A stretch of 54,297 bases of DNA from Candidatus Desulfacyla sp. (lineage in GTDB: Bacteria > Desulfobacterota > DSM-4660 > Desulfatiglandales > Desulfatiglandaceae), in the NCBI GenBank assembly GCA_046484725.1, contig JAWOIH010000214.1, positions 1-54,297 of the forward strand. Direction: 5' to 3'. Below are positions 45,119-54,297 of this stretch, piece after piece. How positions within the stretch are numbered: position 1 is the first letter of the stretch; each line of letters starts with the position of its first letter. The translations under genes were made by a program, and so were the position numbers. The notes beneath the pieces are model-generated. The model did not search any database and had not been told where the DNA came from. It worked only from the letters and a program-made list of their open reading frames with translations.

Positions 45119-46354
45119 TTACTCGAGGTTAAAAACAATTGCTTCGTGTTCGGTCTGCTCAAGACGCAATGGAAAGGGCCGTTTTGGATGGGTCAGGACC
45201 CGGCTGATGAACGCAGCCCGATCCCCCTGAAATTTCACGGTTGCAGACATGGCATTGTCCTTGATCCTGGACGGAATCACGGATGTGACGCCCATAACCT
45301 CCTCTTTGAGGAAATCGCTGAATCGCCAGAACTCCTTTGGCCTCTTCATCCCTGCCAGAATGACGGTCAGCGGGTGGATTTTTTCACCATCGCTTACAAG
45401 ACTCCCCTTGATGCACGGGCACAAGGTGGCGGCCGCCCGGTTCACCATTCCCTCGATGGCTGCCATGAGCGAATCTGCGCCCCCCGAAGCCTCCATTATC
45501 TGTTCAACAACGGATTCCTGGCAGGTCTGGATGCCCTGAGATACATTTAAGGCCTTGAGGGTCAGAGAGATCTTTTTCCCGGCGTTGATGCTGCACTCGC
45601 CGAAGATGACCACATCGGCTGAAAAGAGCCTTCCCCACTTTAGAATATCCCTGTTTTGAAGGTCAAGCGATGTCAATGCGTCAACAGGGTCGGCCTCTGG
45701 AGGGTTCAGGGTGCGGTTGATGGGATTGAATCCTCTGTCCTGGAAGACCTTATGGAGCGCAAGCTCCACACGGTTCAGACTCCGATATCCCTCCATGTCT
45801 TTCCACCAGTAAGACATATCCCCGTCCCTGTTTTCAGAGACCAGAAAGAGCACGTTGACGGGGGGCGTTTCCGTCATGAGAACCCCGGCCGATTGGAGTC
45901 TTTCCCGTATGACCTCCCCATTCACCCTGAGTTTCAGCAGGACCTTGTACCTGCCATCGACCTGCAGTTCCGCCAGGATATGAAAATTTTCAATTTCTTC
46001 CCGGGCGGCCGGTATGATTTCTTGGGTGATGCGCTCGAAATGAGCCATCGCCCTCTGGCTTCCAAGCAGATAAAAGATATAGTCTTCCACGCCCTTCATC
46101 AATCCCTGGGTGATGGCCGTTTTTTTCGCCAGGGCCGTATTTCCCTTGACAACAGCAGCCTCGCCGATGGCCAGAAGTTCATTTTGTTTCGGAGTCTCTC
46201 CGGCTTGGGCCTGAGGAAAAGGATCGCCGAGGAGAAAAAAGAGGGAAAAGGATAACAAGAAGAGGGAAAGGCCGTTTCCTCGAAGCCCTTCGGTGGATCT
46301 TTCCTGATTATTCCTTTCTTGCCCCACAAGAATTCTGCAGTCCTGATCTTTCAA
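45119..46354 (-). CDS. secreted hypothetical protein
   Basis: Hydrophobic signal-like segment LSLFLLSFSLFFLLG..AQA. No ATG lies upstream, so the start is uncertain (TTG 46354 or GTG 46327). Confidence 0.6.
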   Translation of the reverse strand: MKDQDCRILVGQERNNQERSTEGLRGNGLSLFLLSFSLFFLLGDPFPQAQAGETPKQNELLAIGEAAVVKGNTALAKKTAITQGLMKGVEDYIFYLLGSQRAMAHFERITQEIIPAAREEIENFHILAELQVDGRYKVLLKLRVNGEVIRERLQSAGVLMTETPPVNVLFLVSENRDGDMSYWWKDMEGYRSLNRVELALHKVFQDRGFNPINRTLNPPEADPVDALTSLDLQNRDILKWGRLFSADVVIFGECSINAGKKISLTLKALNVSQGIQTCQESVVEQIMEASGGADSLMAAIEGMVNRAAATLCPCIKGSLVSDGEKIHPLTVILAGMKRPKEFWRFSDFLKEEVMGVTSVIPSRIKDNAMSATVKFQGDRAAFISRVLTHPKRPFPLRLEQTEHEAIVFNLE

Positions 46355-46464
46355 TGGTTGTAAACGGTCGCGGGTTTCAGTGTAAGATCTTCATCCCCGT
46401 CCCTTTGTATTTTCCCTGACACCCGACACCTGAAATGTGGCCGTGTTAACGGCTGTCAACAGCT

Positions 46465-47055
46465 CTATTTGGAAGATGGCAATGACTTGAGCTCATTTGC
46501 AGACTCCGGAACGAGCCCGTTGTTGATCTCCAGGACTTTTCTAAATGCCGTCTCTGCCTCCAGTGGTCGGTCGGCCGTTTTATATGCAATGCCCATATAG
46601 AAGTAGGCCTCGGGCAGATCCTTCTGGGACTGCACGGCATCAGAAAACATCGCCTTTACCCCATCCAACCAGCCGTGTTTCTGCTCCATTGTGTAAAGAC
46701 GCATAAATCCTACGTAGGCCAGGGCTTTTTCCCTTTTCGTCTCTGCCGTGTCTCTGGCCTTGCGCATGGATTCGAGGGCAGGCTCGAAATTTTCCTCCCT
46801 GCCGTAGGTCAGACCCAAGCCCCGATGGGCATCGGAACAGCCGGGATCGAGCTGAAGGGCCAGTTCAAATTCCCTTTTGGCATCAAACAGATAGTTTTTA
46901 TGGAGCAGTTTCAGGCCGCTTGACACATGGTGTTCCGGGGTGTCCAGGACGTTTTCAGGTATCCTCGGCTTGGGCGAACAGCTCATGAAAAAGCAAGGGG
47001 CCAAGAAAAAAAGAGCAACCATCGTGCGAAGCATGTTACAGCTGATGACATTCAT
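46465..47055 (-). CDS. TPR-repeat lipoprotein
   Basis: GGAGGG SD before ATG 47055. Lipobox-like FFMSC. TPR-like AKREFELALQLDPGCSDAHRGLGLTY. Confidence 0.7.
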   Translation of the reverse strand: MNVISCNMLRTMVALFFLAPCFFMSCSPKPRIPENVLDTPEHHVSSGLKLLHKNYLFDAKREFELALQLDPGCSDAHRGLGLTYGREENFEPALESMRKARDTAETKREKALAYVGFMRLYTMEQKHGWLDGVKAMFSDAVQSQKDLPEAYFYMGIAYKTADRPLEAETAFRKVLEINNGLVPESANELKSLPSSK

Positions 47056-47158
47056 CAGAATCCCTCCAGTGAAAGGCCGTCCCGGACCCTTTTTAGGTTT
47101 TCTGAGCAAATGCACAGATTCCCCGTCCCCTCCGCCATAGAAAATGAACGCCGGAAGG

Positions 47159-48094
47159 TCAAGCGTTTTCAGATAGAAACGACTCGATTCGTTTCAATAC
47201 CATATCCATCCCGTCAGGGTCAATCCATATGACGTCTGATTCTGCCCTGAACCAGGTAAGCTGTCGCTTGGCATATCGGCGGGTGTCTCTTTTGAGGGTG
47301 TCAATGGCCTCTTCAAAGGACCATTCCCCCATTAAATGACGGACCATATGTCTGTAGCCGATCGCCTTCATCGGTCTGAGATCAGGGGAATAGCCCTGTT
47401 TCAACAGATGCCGGGTCTCCTCCAATAGGCCCATTTCCACCATTTTCAGGGTTCGCTCGTTGATTCGACGGTAAAGGATTTTCCTATCCACGTTCAGGCA
47501 GATCTTCAAGGCGTCCAGGGAGGGTTCTCTAAACCCATGCCCTTTCATGAGATCCGAAGAAAGGCGGTTTGAGATGTGAAGGATCTCAAGGGCCCTGATG
47601 ATTCGTATCCGGTCGTTGGGGTGGATTGCGGCCGCGCATGGAGGGTCGAGGCCTTTCAGTCTTTCATGGAGTCTCGCGGGTCCATCCCGGTCGCATTCAT
47701 TAGATAATGCCTCCCTCAGGACCGGATCCGATGGCGGGGCCTTCATCAGTCCGCCCACAAGGGCACGGATGTAGAGCCCGGTGCCGCCCACCACAAGACA
47801 TGCCTTTCCCCTTGAACAGATGTCGGTGACGGTGGAAAGGGCTCGGATGCGATAGATCGCGGCGTTGAAGGGTTCGTCAGGACGGACGATGTCTAAGAGG
47901 TGGTGCGGGATTCCTTTTTGTTCCTCAAGGGTCGGTTTGGCCGTGCCGATGTTCATCCCCTGATAAACCTGCATGGAGTCCGCATTGACGATTTCTCCGG
48001 ATAGGGAACGGGCCAGGCTTACAGCCAACCCGCTCTTGCCGGTGGCGGTCGGGCCTGCAATGACAACGATCTTAGGCCGCCTCTCTCTGAACAT
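47159..48094 (-). CDS. miaA: tRNA dimethylallyltransferase
   Basis: VVIAGPTATGKSGLAVSLA...IVNADSMQVYQGMNIGTAKP...PHHLLD. Confidence 0.92.
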   Translation of the reverse strand: MFRERRPKIVVIAGPTATGKSGLAVSLARSLSGEIVNADSMQVYQGMNIGTAKPTLEEQKGIPHHLLDIVRPDEPFNAAIYRIRALSTVTDICSRGKACLVVGGTGLYIRALVGGLMKAPPSDPVLREALSNECDRDGPARLHERLKGLDPPCAAAIHPNDRIRIIRALEILHISNRLSSDLMKGHGFREPSLDALKICLNVDRKILYRRINERTLKMVEMGLLEETRHLLKQGYSPDLRPMKAIGYRHMVRHLMGEWSFEEAIDTLKRDTRRYAKRQLTWFRAESDVIWIDPDGMDMVLKRIESFLSENA

Positions 48095-48104
48095 GATCTT
48101 CCGC

Positions 48105-49841
48105 TTACACCACCCGCTTAAACATTCTCTCCATCTCAGGATAGGTAAACTGCCTGAATACGGGTCTCCCGTGGGGACAGTTGGTGGGGAGGTCCATCTC
48201 TCCCAATTCAGCCAGTAGCCGGTCCATTTCTTCGGGGTTCAATCGCTGTCCGGCCCGAATGGCGCCGTGGCAGGCCATCAGCGTGGCGCAGGCGTGGAAC
48301 AGGGTGTCCTCGTCAGGAGCCCCTTCTGGCAATTCCGTGACCAGTTCCGAAACAAAAGACTGCCAGTTTACGTTCTTCAGCAGGGCGGGAACAGACGTCA
48401 GCAGAAACGTGTTGCCGCCGAAGTGGTCAAATTCAAGCCCGAACCTGCGCAATCCATCCCCCTTTTCCAGCAGTACCCGGGCTTCCTTTGTGGAGAGTTC
48501 CAGCTCGTGAGGGATCAGGAGGGTCTGCATTTCAATCCTTTCCGCAGCGATGGATTTTTTGAGATGTTCATATACAATCCGCTCATGGGCCGCATGTTGA
48601 TCCACGATCATGAGTCCGTTCGAGGTCTCGCAGAGGATATAGGTATATCCCAGTTGCCCGATGATCCTGGGCACTGTTGGGATCATGACCGAATCGGGGG
48701 ACGGCCAGGCGGCGGCCGGTACCGGCCCGGACAGGGGCTCGGTCAGCGCAGGCCCTGGAGAATAGGACCATGGAGGCTCTGAAACGGTGGTCGAAAAACC
48801 CCGTTCAAAGGGGATCGCACGGTCCATGAGTCCCTGCGGCGAAAAGGGGTGAGGCGAGCTGTCGAGCGTCTTCGAAACAGCGGACACAATGGCCTGGAAT
48901 ACCCTGGAGGCGTTGCGGAATCGGATTTCCTGCTTGGTCGGATGAACATTGACGTCAATCTCCGATGGATCGATATCAATAAAAACAACCACCTGCGGGT
49001 ATTGCCCCTTCATGAGGCGCCTGCCGTATCCCTCCATGATCGCCTTTGTCGCGACCCGGTCTCTGATGTTTCTGCCGTTGACATATACATAGAGCCGATC
49101 GCCCCGGCTTCTGGCGAAGTCCGGGGGCGCCGCATAGACCCGGATGGACAGATCGCCGTCTGTTTCCTCCCCCGTCATCATGGCCTCTGCCGTCTTTCGG
49201 CCCATCAATCCGGAGATACGGTCACGGGTGTCTTCAGATGCAGGCAGGTGGAAGATATTTCGTGGGCCCTCATCCAGTCTAAACGTGATCTTTGGAAACG
49301 GCATGGCAATCCGGGAGAGGCTATCCACGATGTGATCGGTCTCCGTCCGCACGGCACGAAGGAACTTCCGTCTCGCCGGGATATTGAAAAAGAGGTCTTT
49401 GACGTCGACGGTTGTCCCCGGAGGGGCGCCCGTTTCCGCCATCTCCATGAGTCTTCCGCCCGAAATCCTGAGCGTGTGCCCTGTCAAGCGACCTTGCGGA
49501 AGGGAGGTTATCTGCATGCGGGAGACAGCAGCGATGCTGGGGAGGGCCTCCCCCCGGAAGCCTAAGGATCGAACGTTCAACAGATCGGATGCGGTTCGGA
49601 TCTTGCTTGTGGCATGCCTTTCCACGCACAACAAGAGGTCATCCTTGGACATGCCGAGGCCGTTATCGCTGACCCTGATGCGTCGTTTCCCCCCGCCTTC
49701 AATGGTGACCACAATCCGGTCCGCACCCGCGTCAATGCTGTTATCCGTCAACTCCCGCACAACCGAGGCAGGCCGGTCCACCACCTCTCCGGCCGCGATC
49801 TGGGAGGCCAATGTTTCGGGGAGAATTCGGATGGCGTTCAT
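48105..49841 (-). CDS. mutL: DNA mismatch repair protein MutL
   Basis: IRILPETLASQIAAGEVVDRPASVVRELTDNSIDAGA...GFRGEAL...C-terminal CPHGRP. Confidence 0.92.
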   Translation of the reverse strand: MNAIRILPETLASQIAAGEVVDRPASVVRELTDNSIDAGADRIVVTIEGGGKRRIRVSDNGLGMSKDDLLLCVERHATSKIRTASDLLNVRSLGFRGEALPSIAAVSRMQITSLPQGRLTGHTLRISGGRLMEMAETGAPPGTTVDVKDLFFNIPARRKFLRAVRTETDHIVDSLSRIAMPFPKITFRLDEGPRNIFHLPASEDTRDRISGLMGRKTAEAMMTGEETDGDLSIRVYAAPPDFARSRGDRLYVYVNGRNIRDRVATKAIMEGYGRRLMKGQYPQVVVFIDIDPSEIDVNVHPTKQEIRFRNASRVFQAIVSAVSKTLDSSPHPFSPQGLMDRAIPFERGFSTTVSEPPWSYSPGPALTEPLSGPVPAAAWPSPDSVMIPTVPRIIGQLGYTYILCETSNGLMIVDQHAAHERIVYEHLKKSIAAERIEMQTLLIPHELELSTKEARVLLEKGDGLRRFGLEFDHFGGNTFLLTSVPALLKNVNWQSFVSELVTELPEGAPDEDTLFHACATLMACHGAIRAGQRLNPEEMDRLLAELGEMDLPTNCPHGRPVFRQFTYPEMERMFKRVV

Positions 49842-50701
49842 AGATAGAGAAGGTTTTCGTCTACGTCGAACCGTCGCACAGGGCGGGGGTTTCTATAGAA
49901 TCTCGGAAAGGCCTGTTTCTTTTTTGCGAGAAGCAGATTGCGAGTGCCCATCGGGTCATGCAAGAGGCAAACCGATGTTTCGGGATGTTTCAAAAAATCA
50001 TTCGCCAGGCTGCGGGACAAGTCCAGCATGAGGGCGAGATATCCGTGGAAATGGCGCCACCGCACGACCCGGGTTTCAAAAAAGAGCTCGCGCGTGGTGT
50101 ACATGCGGTCGGAAAATTTGACTGTCTGGGCAAAAAAGCCCTTTCCCGCCTTGAAACCGTTTTTCCTCTTCCCTCCGATCAGCTTGAGAAGGTCATCGCA
50201 GATCTGATGGTCCATATCCAGCACGCCCCTGGCGATCCTTGTGTAGGCCGATCCGATGAGATAATCCGCCCGGATCTCCCAGAAGAGATGGCCCATTTTT
50301 CCTCTGCCCGGGTAGGCGCTCAACAGATTGGGTATGAAAAAATTGTGAGCAATGACATCGGCCGCCAGATGAGAGAGAAATCCCAGGGCATAGGCTGTCT
50401 CACGGTCATCTTTGGCCTCGCGCAGAAATTTGAAACCGCCCTCCCAGGTATGCGGATTTTTCTTGTATGTTTTTTTCCCCTTGCCGATGAAAAAGTCGGC
50501 CGACAGAGAGCCGTACATGTATTCGATGGGGAACGCGGTGATGACTTGGGCGATAGACGGGAGGAGGAGGCCTGCGGAGCTGAGTGAACTGAGGGCCAGG
50601 GCGGTATGGACCCCGGGTCCCCAGGCAAGGGCGCATTCAGCGTCTATAAGTTGGATGATAAGATAACCTGCGAGGAACACAACTACTTTCACAAATACCA
50701 T
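49838..50701 (-). CDS. zinc-dependent phospholipase C-like family membrane protein
   Basis: WGPGVH...FLSHLAADVIAHNFF pattern. ATG 50701 is chosen because a good promoter lies inside the longer track ORF. ATGA overlap with mutL. Confidence 0.65.
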   Translation of the reverse strand: MVFVKVVVFLAGYLIIQLIDAECALAWGPGVHTALALSSLSSAGLLLPSIAQVITAFPIEYMYGSLSADFFIGKGKKTYKKNPHTWEGGFKFLREAKDDRETAYALGFLSHLAADVIAHNFFIPNLLSAYPGRGKMGHLFWEIRADYLIGSAYTRIARGVLDMDHQICDDLLKLIGGKRKNGFKAGKGFFAQTVKFSDRMYTTRELFFETRVVRWRHFHGYLALMLDLSRSLANDFLKHPETSVCLLHDPMGTRNLLLAKKKQAFPRFYRNPRPVRRFDVDENLLYL

Positions 50702-50750
50702 GATAGGGGTGGAGTCTCCTGAGTGTATGAAATGATATATATTTTTATTG

Positions 50751-50779
50751 AGTATAACACACTGTCCCTCCCCGCTCAA
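50751..50779 (-). promoter_or_regulatory. putative sigma70 promoter for the PLC-like-mutL-miaA unit
   Basis: Minus strand reads TTGAGC (50774-79), 17 nt, TATACT (50751-56). Confidence 0.4.
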
Positions 50780-50861
50780 TCTTTTTCTAGGGGTTTGTGA
50801 CAGGGCATCAGGAAGTTTTGTTAGTATGGTAAGCACCCTTTTCCAATCGGCAACCTTCTTC

Positions 50862-50889
50862 TTGAATTTTCCTGTGTCTTTGATACAAT
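50862..50889 (+). promoter_or_regulatory. putative promoter for radC
   Basis: TTGAAT (50862-67), 16 nt, TGaTACAAT (50881-89). Confidence 0.4.
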
Positions 50890-50980
50890 CGCTCAAAAAT
50901 GCCGGCACCGGTTTAGAGGTTCAGGGCTTCGTGGGTTTTGGGGGTTGAACGCGGGCGCTTCGAGCGCCGCAGGGGAGCGA

Positions 50981-51724
50981 ATGGATAAGGAAGACTGGCA
51001 AAAACGGGGCATCGGCCATCGGGAGAGGCTGCGAGAGCGGTTTCTGGAGGGCGGTCTCGAGAGGTTCAGCGATGAGGAGGTCGTTGAATTCTTGCTGACA
51101 CTGGGGACCCCGAGGGGCGATCAGAAGCTCCCCGCACGCGAGGCCCTCAAGACCTTCGGCAATCTTGCAGGGGTCTTGTCCGCGCCTCTAAAACAGTTGA
51201 CCGGGATAAAGGGGATCGGCCCCAAGAACGCCCTCTACCTGGGACTCGTTCATCAGGTCGCCAACCGGTACCTCAAGGACAGGATTTCCGGGAAGATGTT
51301 CTTCAGCTCTTCCCAGGCTGTTTTCGACTATTTGTTTCACTCCATGCGGGACCTCAAGAGGGAGGTCTTCAAGGTCCTTTTCCTGACGCGCAAGAACGAA
51401 TTGATTGCCGATCATGATCTCTTCAAGGGAGGGCTTACCGGGAGCGCGGTCTATCCGCGGGAGGTCCTTTCCATGGCCCTGGACTATAAGGCCGCGTCCC
51501 TCGTATTCGTGCATAACCATCCTTCAGGGGATCCATCGCCATCGCCCGAGGATCAGCGGCTGACAAGAGACCTGGTCTGGGCCGCCAGGTTGCTGACCGT
51601 CCAGGTCCTGGATCATCTCATCATTGGGAACAATACCTACTACAGCTTTGCGGACCAGGGGACAATTCGGCGTTTCGTCAATGAATATGAAAGTAAATTC
51701 AATTTGTTGACGCCATGTTCCTGA
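50981..51724 (+). CDS. radC: RadC-family JAB/MPN domain protein
   Basis: GHRERLRERF...LLTLG...HNHPSGDPSPSPEDQRLT. GGGGAG SD before ATG 50981. Confidence 0.85.
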   Translation: MDKEDWQKRGIGHRERLRERFLEGGLERFSDEEVVEFLLTLGTPRGDQKLPAREALKTFGNLAGVLSAPLKQLTGIKGIGPKNALYLGLVHQVANRYLKDRISGKMFFSSSQAVFDYLFHSMRDLKREVFKVLFLTRKNELIADHDLFKGGLTGSAVYPREVLSMALDYKAASLVFVHNHPSGDPSPSPEDQRLTRDLVWAARLLTVQVLDHLIIGNNTYYSFADQGTIRRFVNEYESKFNLLTPCS

Positions 51725-52632
51725 CTCCTGGAAAGCTCCTGATCCTGGCCAAGTGGGTGTTGACGCGCCTTCCCACCACGGTCGCCGTGGATGTCACCCA
51801 TCGATGCAACCTCAAGTGCCTTCACTGCTACTGGTGGAAACAGGATCATCCCGCTGAGCTGGACGACGCCCGGATGATCGCCTTTCTCCAGGGCCTTCGG
51901 GCAAAGGGCCTGGGGGCGGCCATCCTGTATGGGGGCGAGCCCACGCTCAGACCGGAGGTGTGCCGGGCCGCAGGGGAGATATTTGATGCGACCCTGGCCT
52001 TCACCAACGGGATGAACGGGTTCCCGCCACTGCGAAATGTGCAGTGGATCCTCTCCCTGGATGGTCCGCAAGCGCTCAACGACACGATTCGGGGGAAAGG
52101 GGTGTATGCCCGGGCCGTGGAAAATCTGATGAAGGCGTCTCACCCCCCCATCGTCCATATGACCATCTCCAGGCTCAATCAGGACAGCCTGGATGCGTTT
52201 GTGCAGGAGATGATGGGATTGCCGATCAAAGGGATCGGGTTTTCATTTTACACACCGGATCTGACGAGGGACGAATCAGGACTCTTCATCCCCCTGGAGG
52301 GGCGGGACCGGCTGGCGATGGAGCTTCTGGCCTTACGAAAACGATACGGGGAGAAGATCGGCTTTACGCCTGCCATGGCCCGTCAGTTGCTGACCGGCGG
52401 TGATTTTCATAAATGGAACAGCTATGCCGCCTGCCCTGTCAGCCGGCGGGTCCGATGTTTCAAGTCGAATGGCCAAGCCAAGGCCTGCACCTATGGGGAT
52501 ACGGCCGATTGTTCACGGTGCGGCTGCGCGGCCGTAGCTGCCTACCAAGCCGCCTTTAAGCCGTTCGATTACGCGACTCTGCGGCTGATTCTGGGACTGA
52601 TGGTGCCGCGATTGCGGGTTCGAGAGAGATGA
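51715..52632 (+). CDS. radical SAM protein with a C-terminal Cys-rich region
   Basis: CNLKCLHC (CX3CX2C). C-terminal ACPVSRRVRCFKSNGQAKACTYGDTADCSRCGC. Overlaps radC by 10 nt. Confidence 0.8.
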   Translation: MFLTPGKLLILAKWVLTRLPTTVAVDVTHRCNLKCLHCYWWKQDHPAELDDARMIAFLQGLRAKGLGAAILYGGEPTLRPEVCRAAGEIFDATLAFTNGMNGFPPLRNVQWILSLDGPQALNDTIRGKGVYARAVENLMKASHPPIVHMTISRLNQDSLDAFVQEMMGLPIKGIGFSFYTPDLTRDESGLFIPLEGRDRLAMELLALRKRYGEKIGFTPAMARQLLTGGDFHKWNSYAACPVSRRVRCFKSNGQAKACTYGDTADCSRCGCAAVAAYQAAFKPFDYATLRLILGLMVPRLRVRER

Positions 52633-52699
52633 GGAGGGGTGCGGGATACGTTATGCTTACCGACTGTCGGATAAAGGAGATTTTGTCGGATCTGTTCTT

Positions 52700-53527
52700 T
52701 CAACATTGTATAGTTTCCGTTGGGGCCTTGGTGCCGTTGGTCTGAGTAAACCCCCGGGCAAAAGAGTCCGGCAGGTGCCTCATCCGCAGATGCTGCATGC
52801 CTTGAATCCATCGTTCGTAATCTGCGGCTTTGTGTTGCAGGTAGGCCTTTACCTGGGGATGGGGGAGGATCATGAATTGACCCCGGTCCAAGGCGGCGAT
52901 GAGGTCTTCGGCCACCTGCTCGGCCTCCAGCATGCCGTCAAGGGCGGCTATCCCACCGCCGTTCCGGGTCATGAGGGAACGAACCGCCATGGGGCAGATG
53001 ACCGATACCTGGATGCCCCGATCCCCGTAGTTGATGGCCAGGTTTTCGGCCAGCCCCACGGCTGCATGCTTGGTCGCGGTGTATGAGGACGAGTCGATCT
53101 GGTTGAGGAGTCCCGCTGCTGAGGCCGTTATGACAAATCCCCCCGACCCCCTCCTGAGCATTCCCGGCAGGACCGCACGGGCCGCATACACGTGGGACAT
53201 GACATTGATCTCCCAGATCCGCTGCCAGTCGGCATTAGAGACCTCAACCAGACCCATGATAATGATGCCGGCATTGGAGCAATAGAGATCCACGGCGCCG
53301 TAGGCCGCCTCGGTCTGCCGAACCAAATGAACAACGTCATCCTCTCTGGAAACATCGCATTGCACGGCCAGGCCCCCGATTTCCTCGGCGAGGGCCTGGG
53401 CCCCCTTCACATCGATATCGGCTACCACAACGGCCTTGGCGCCTTCCCTTGCAAAGCGTCGGCACAGGGCCTCACCGATACCATTGGAACCGCCTGTTAC
53501 AATAATGACCTTGTCTTTGACCTGCAT
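52700..53527 (-). CDS. SDR-family oxidoreductase
   Basis: VIIVTGGSNGIGEAL...NAGI...YTATKHA. ATG 53527 with a G-rich SD. Confidence 0.85.
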   Translation of the reverse strand: MQVKDKVIIVTGGSNGIGEALCRRFAREGAKAVVVADIDVKGAQALAEEIGGLAVQCDVSREDDVVHLVRQTEAAYGAVDLYCSNAGIIIMGLVEVSNADWQRIWEINVMSHVYAARAVLPGMLRRGSGGFVITASAAGLLNQIDSSSYTATKHAAVGLAENLAINYGDRGIQVSVICPMAVRSLMTRNGGGIAALDGMLEAEQVAEDLIAALDRGQFMILPHPQVKAYLQHKAADYERWIQGMQHLRMRHLPDSFARGFTQTNGTKAPTETIQC

Positions 53528-53750
53528 AAGATATCCCCCTGCCTTTCTATACGCATGATAGTGACCTCTGAAAACCAATGGCGCATGGCGTTGGGCTTGG
53601 CTCGGCTCTACGGAATTTTCAAAGGACACCCATCGAACGTCCAATCACGCAAGGCGTGAAATGAAGATCCACGCAGAGCCCATAACGAATAGGTGAGAAC
53701 CGATAACCGAATGAAGAGCGCACGAGGATACGGCACTCTCCTCATGGCCT

Positions 53751-54297
53751 TCACTTTTCATCGGACCCCTGGTCTATGCTGTTGACGATCCGTGCGCAGG
53801 CATCTTCGATCAGTGGAATAAACCGGGTGATATCTTCCACGATGCAGATATCCGCCTCGTTGAAGATAGGCGCACGGGGGTCTGTATTGATGGCAATGAC
53901 ATATCCGGCGCCTCGCATCCCCATTACATGCTGGGAGGCCCCGGATATGCCGCAGGCGATGTAGAGGGACGGCGTTACGATGGCGCCGCTGACCCCTACC
54001 TGGCGGTCGTAGCCCAGCCATCCGCGATCGCAGATGATGCGGGTGCCGGCCACGGCCGCCTTTGGCAGACATCGGGCCAACCGGTGTGCCAGCGAGACGT
54101 TCTCCTGATCTCCGATGCCGTTGCCCACCGCCACGAGGATGGGTGCGGTCGTGATGTCGGTGGTATCGGCCTCGGCCTGCCGGGTTCCCCGATAGCGGGT
54201 CCTCCCGGATCGGCAGGTTGCGTCTTTGTGGATGACGCGTCCTTGTGGTGATCCGTCGGCAGGCGTAAACTTGAAGAGGCCTAACTGAAGAGAGATA
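53751..54297 (-). CDS. etfA: electron transfer flavoprotein alpha subunit, C-terminal part (5' end beyond the window)
   Basis: YIACGISGASQHVMGMRGAGYVIAINTDPRAPIF. By hand translation the frame stays open upstream of the track's Met all the way to base 54297. Confidence 0.85.
   Translation of the reverse strand, partial: ISLQLGLFKFTPADGSPQGRVIHKDATCRSGRTRYRGTRQAEADTTDITTAPILVAVGNGIGDQENVSLAHRLARCLPKAAVAGTRIICDRGWLGYDRQVGVSGAIVTPSLYIACGISGASQHVMGMRGAGYVIAINTDPRAPIFNEADICIVEDITRFIPLIEDACARIVNSIDQGSDEK

Overview
This is a 54.3-kb GC-rich chromosomal segment. Its gene content looks like an anaerobic Desulfobacterota or deltaproteobacterium-type organism, but that taxonomy is inference only. No rRNA, tRNA, CRISPR array, transposase, integrase or canonical multi-gene defence system was recognised.

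Layout, left to right:
1. A ~4-kb toxin-antitoxin island: two higBA modules, a DUF4160/DUF2442 pair, a BrnT remnant with an antitoxin-like partner, and an ORF6N remnant.
2. A cobalamin riboswitch with terminator, then a TonB-dependent receptor (btuB-like), a highly structured spacer, and cobO.
3. A ~10.7-kb minus-strand unit: response regulator, PAS histidine kinase, Mrp-type cation/proton antiporter genes in Mbh-like order (E-F-G-DUF4040-B-C-D-D, two small membrane ORFs, then an L-like subunit), and a stand-alone cNMP-binding protein.
4. Housekeeping genes: 2-hydroxyacid dehydrogenase, nitroreductase, lysC, DUF3795, a Rieske-like protein, MogA/MoaB, an EF-G paralog, xerC-hslVU, argB-argD-argG-argH, a lipoprotein, and lysA-dapF-dapA.
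5. A small accessory patch: a stand-alone DUF262 protein and a convergent hyper-acidic protein, next to yitT.
6. csgG-like, pgsA, two secreted or lipoproteins, miaA, mutL, a PLC-like membrane protein, radC, a radical SAM protein, an SDR, and a partial etfA.

Main hunting results:
- A dispersed family of intergenic tandem 7-9-nt 'word' repeats shares one vocabulary, and partly one module order, across more than 15 spacers. An identical 33-mer sits directly upstream of two mrp cistrons.
- An in-frame TAA interrupts the last transmembrane helix of one MrpD paralog, and homology continues past the stop.
- The TA island is mosaic and shows a cassette-replacement signature.
- higBA-1 is extended by two unknown genes.
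- The DUF262 and acidic-protein genes form a convergent pair.

All homology calls come from motif recognition by eye, not from database searches.
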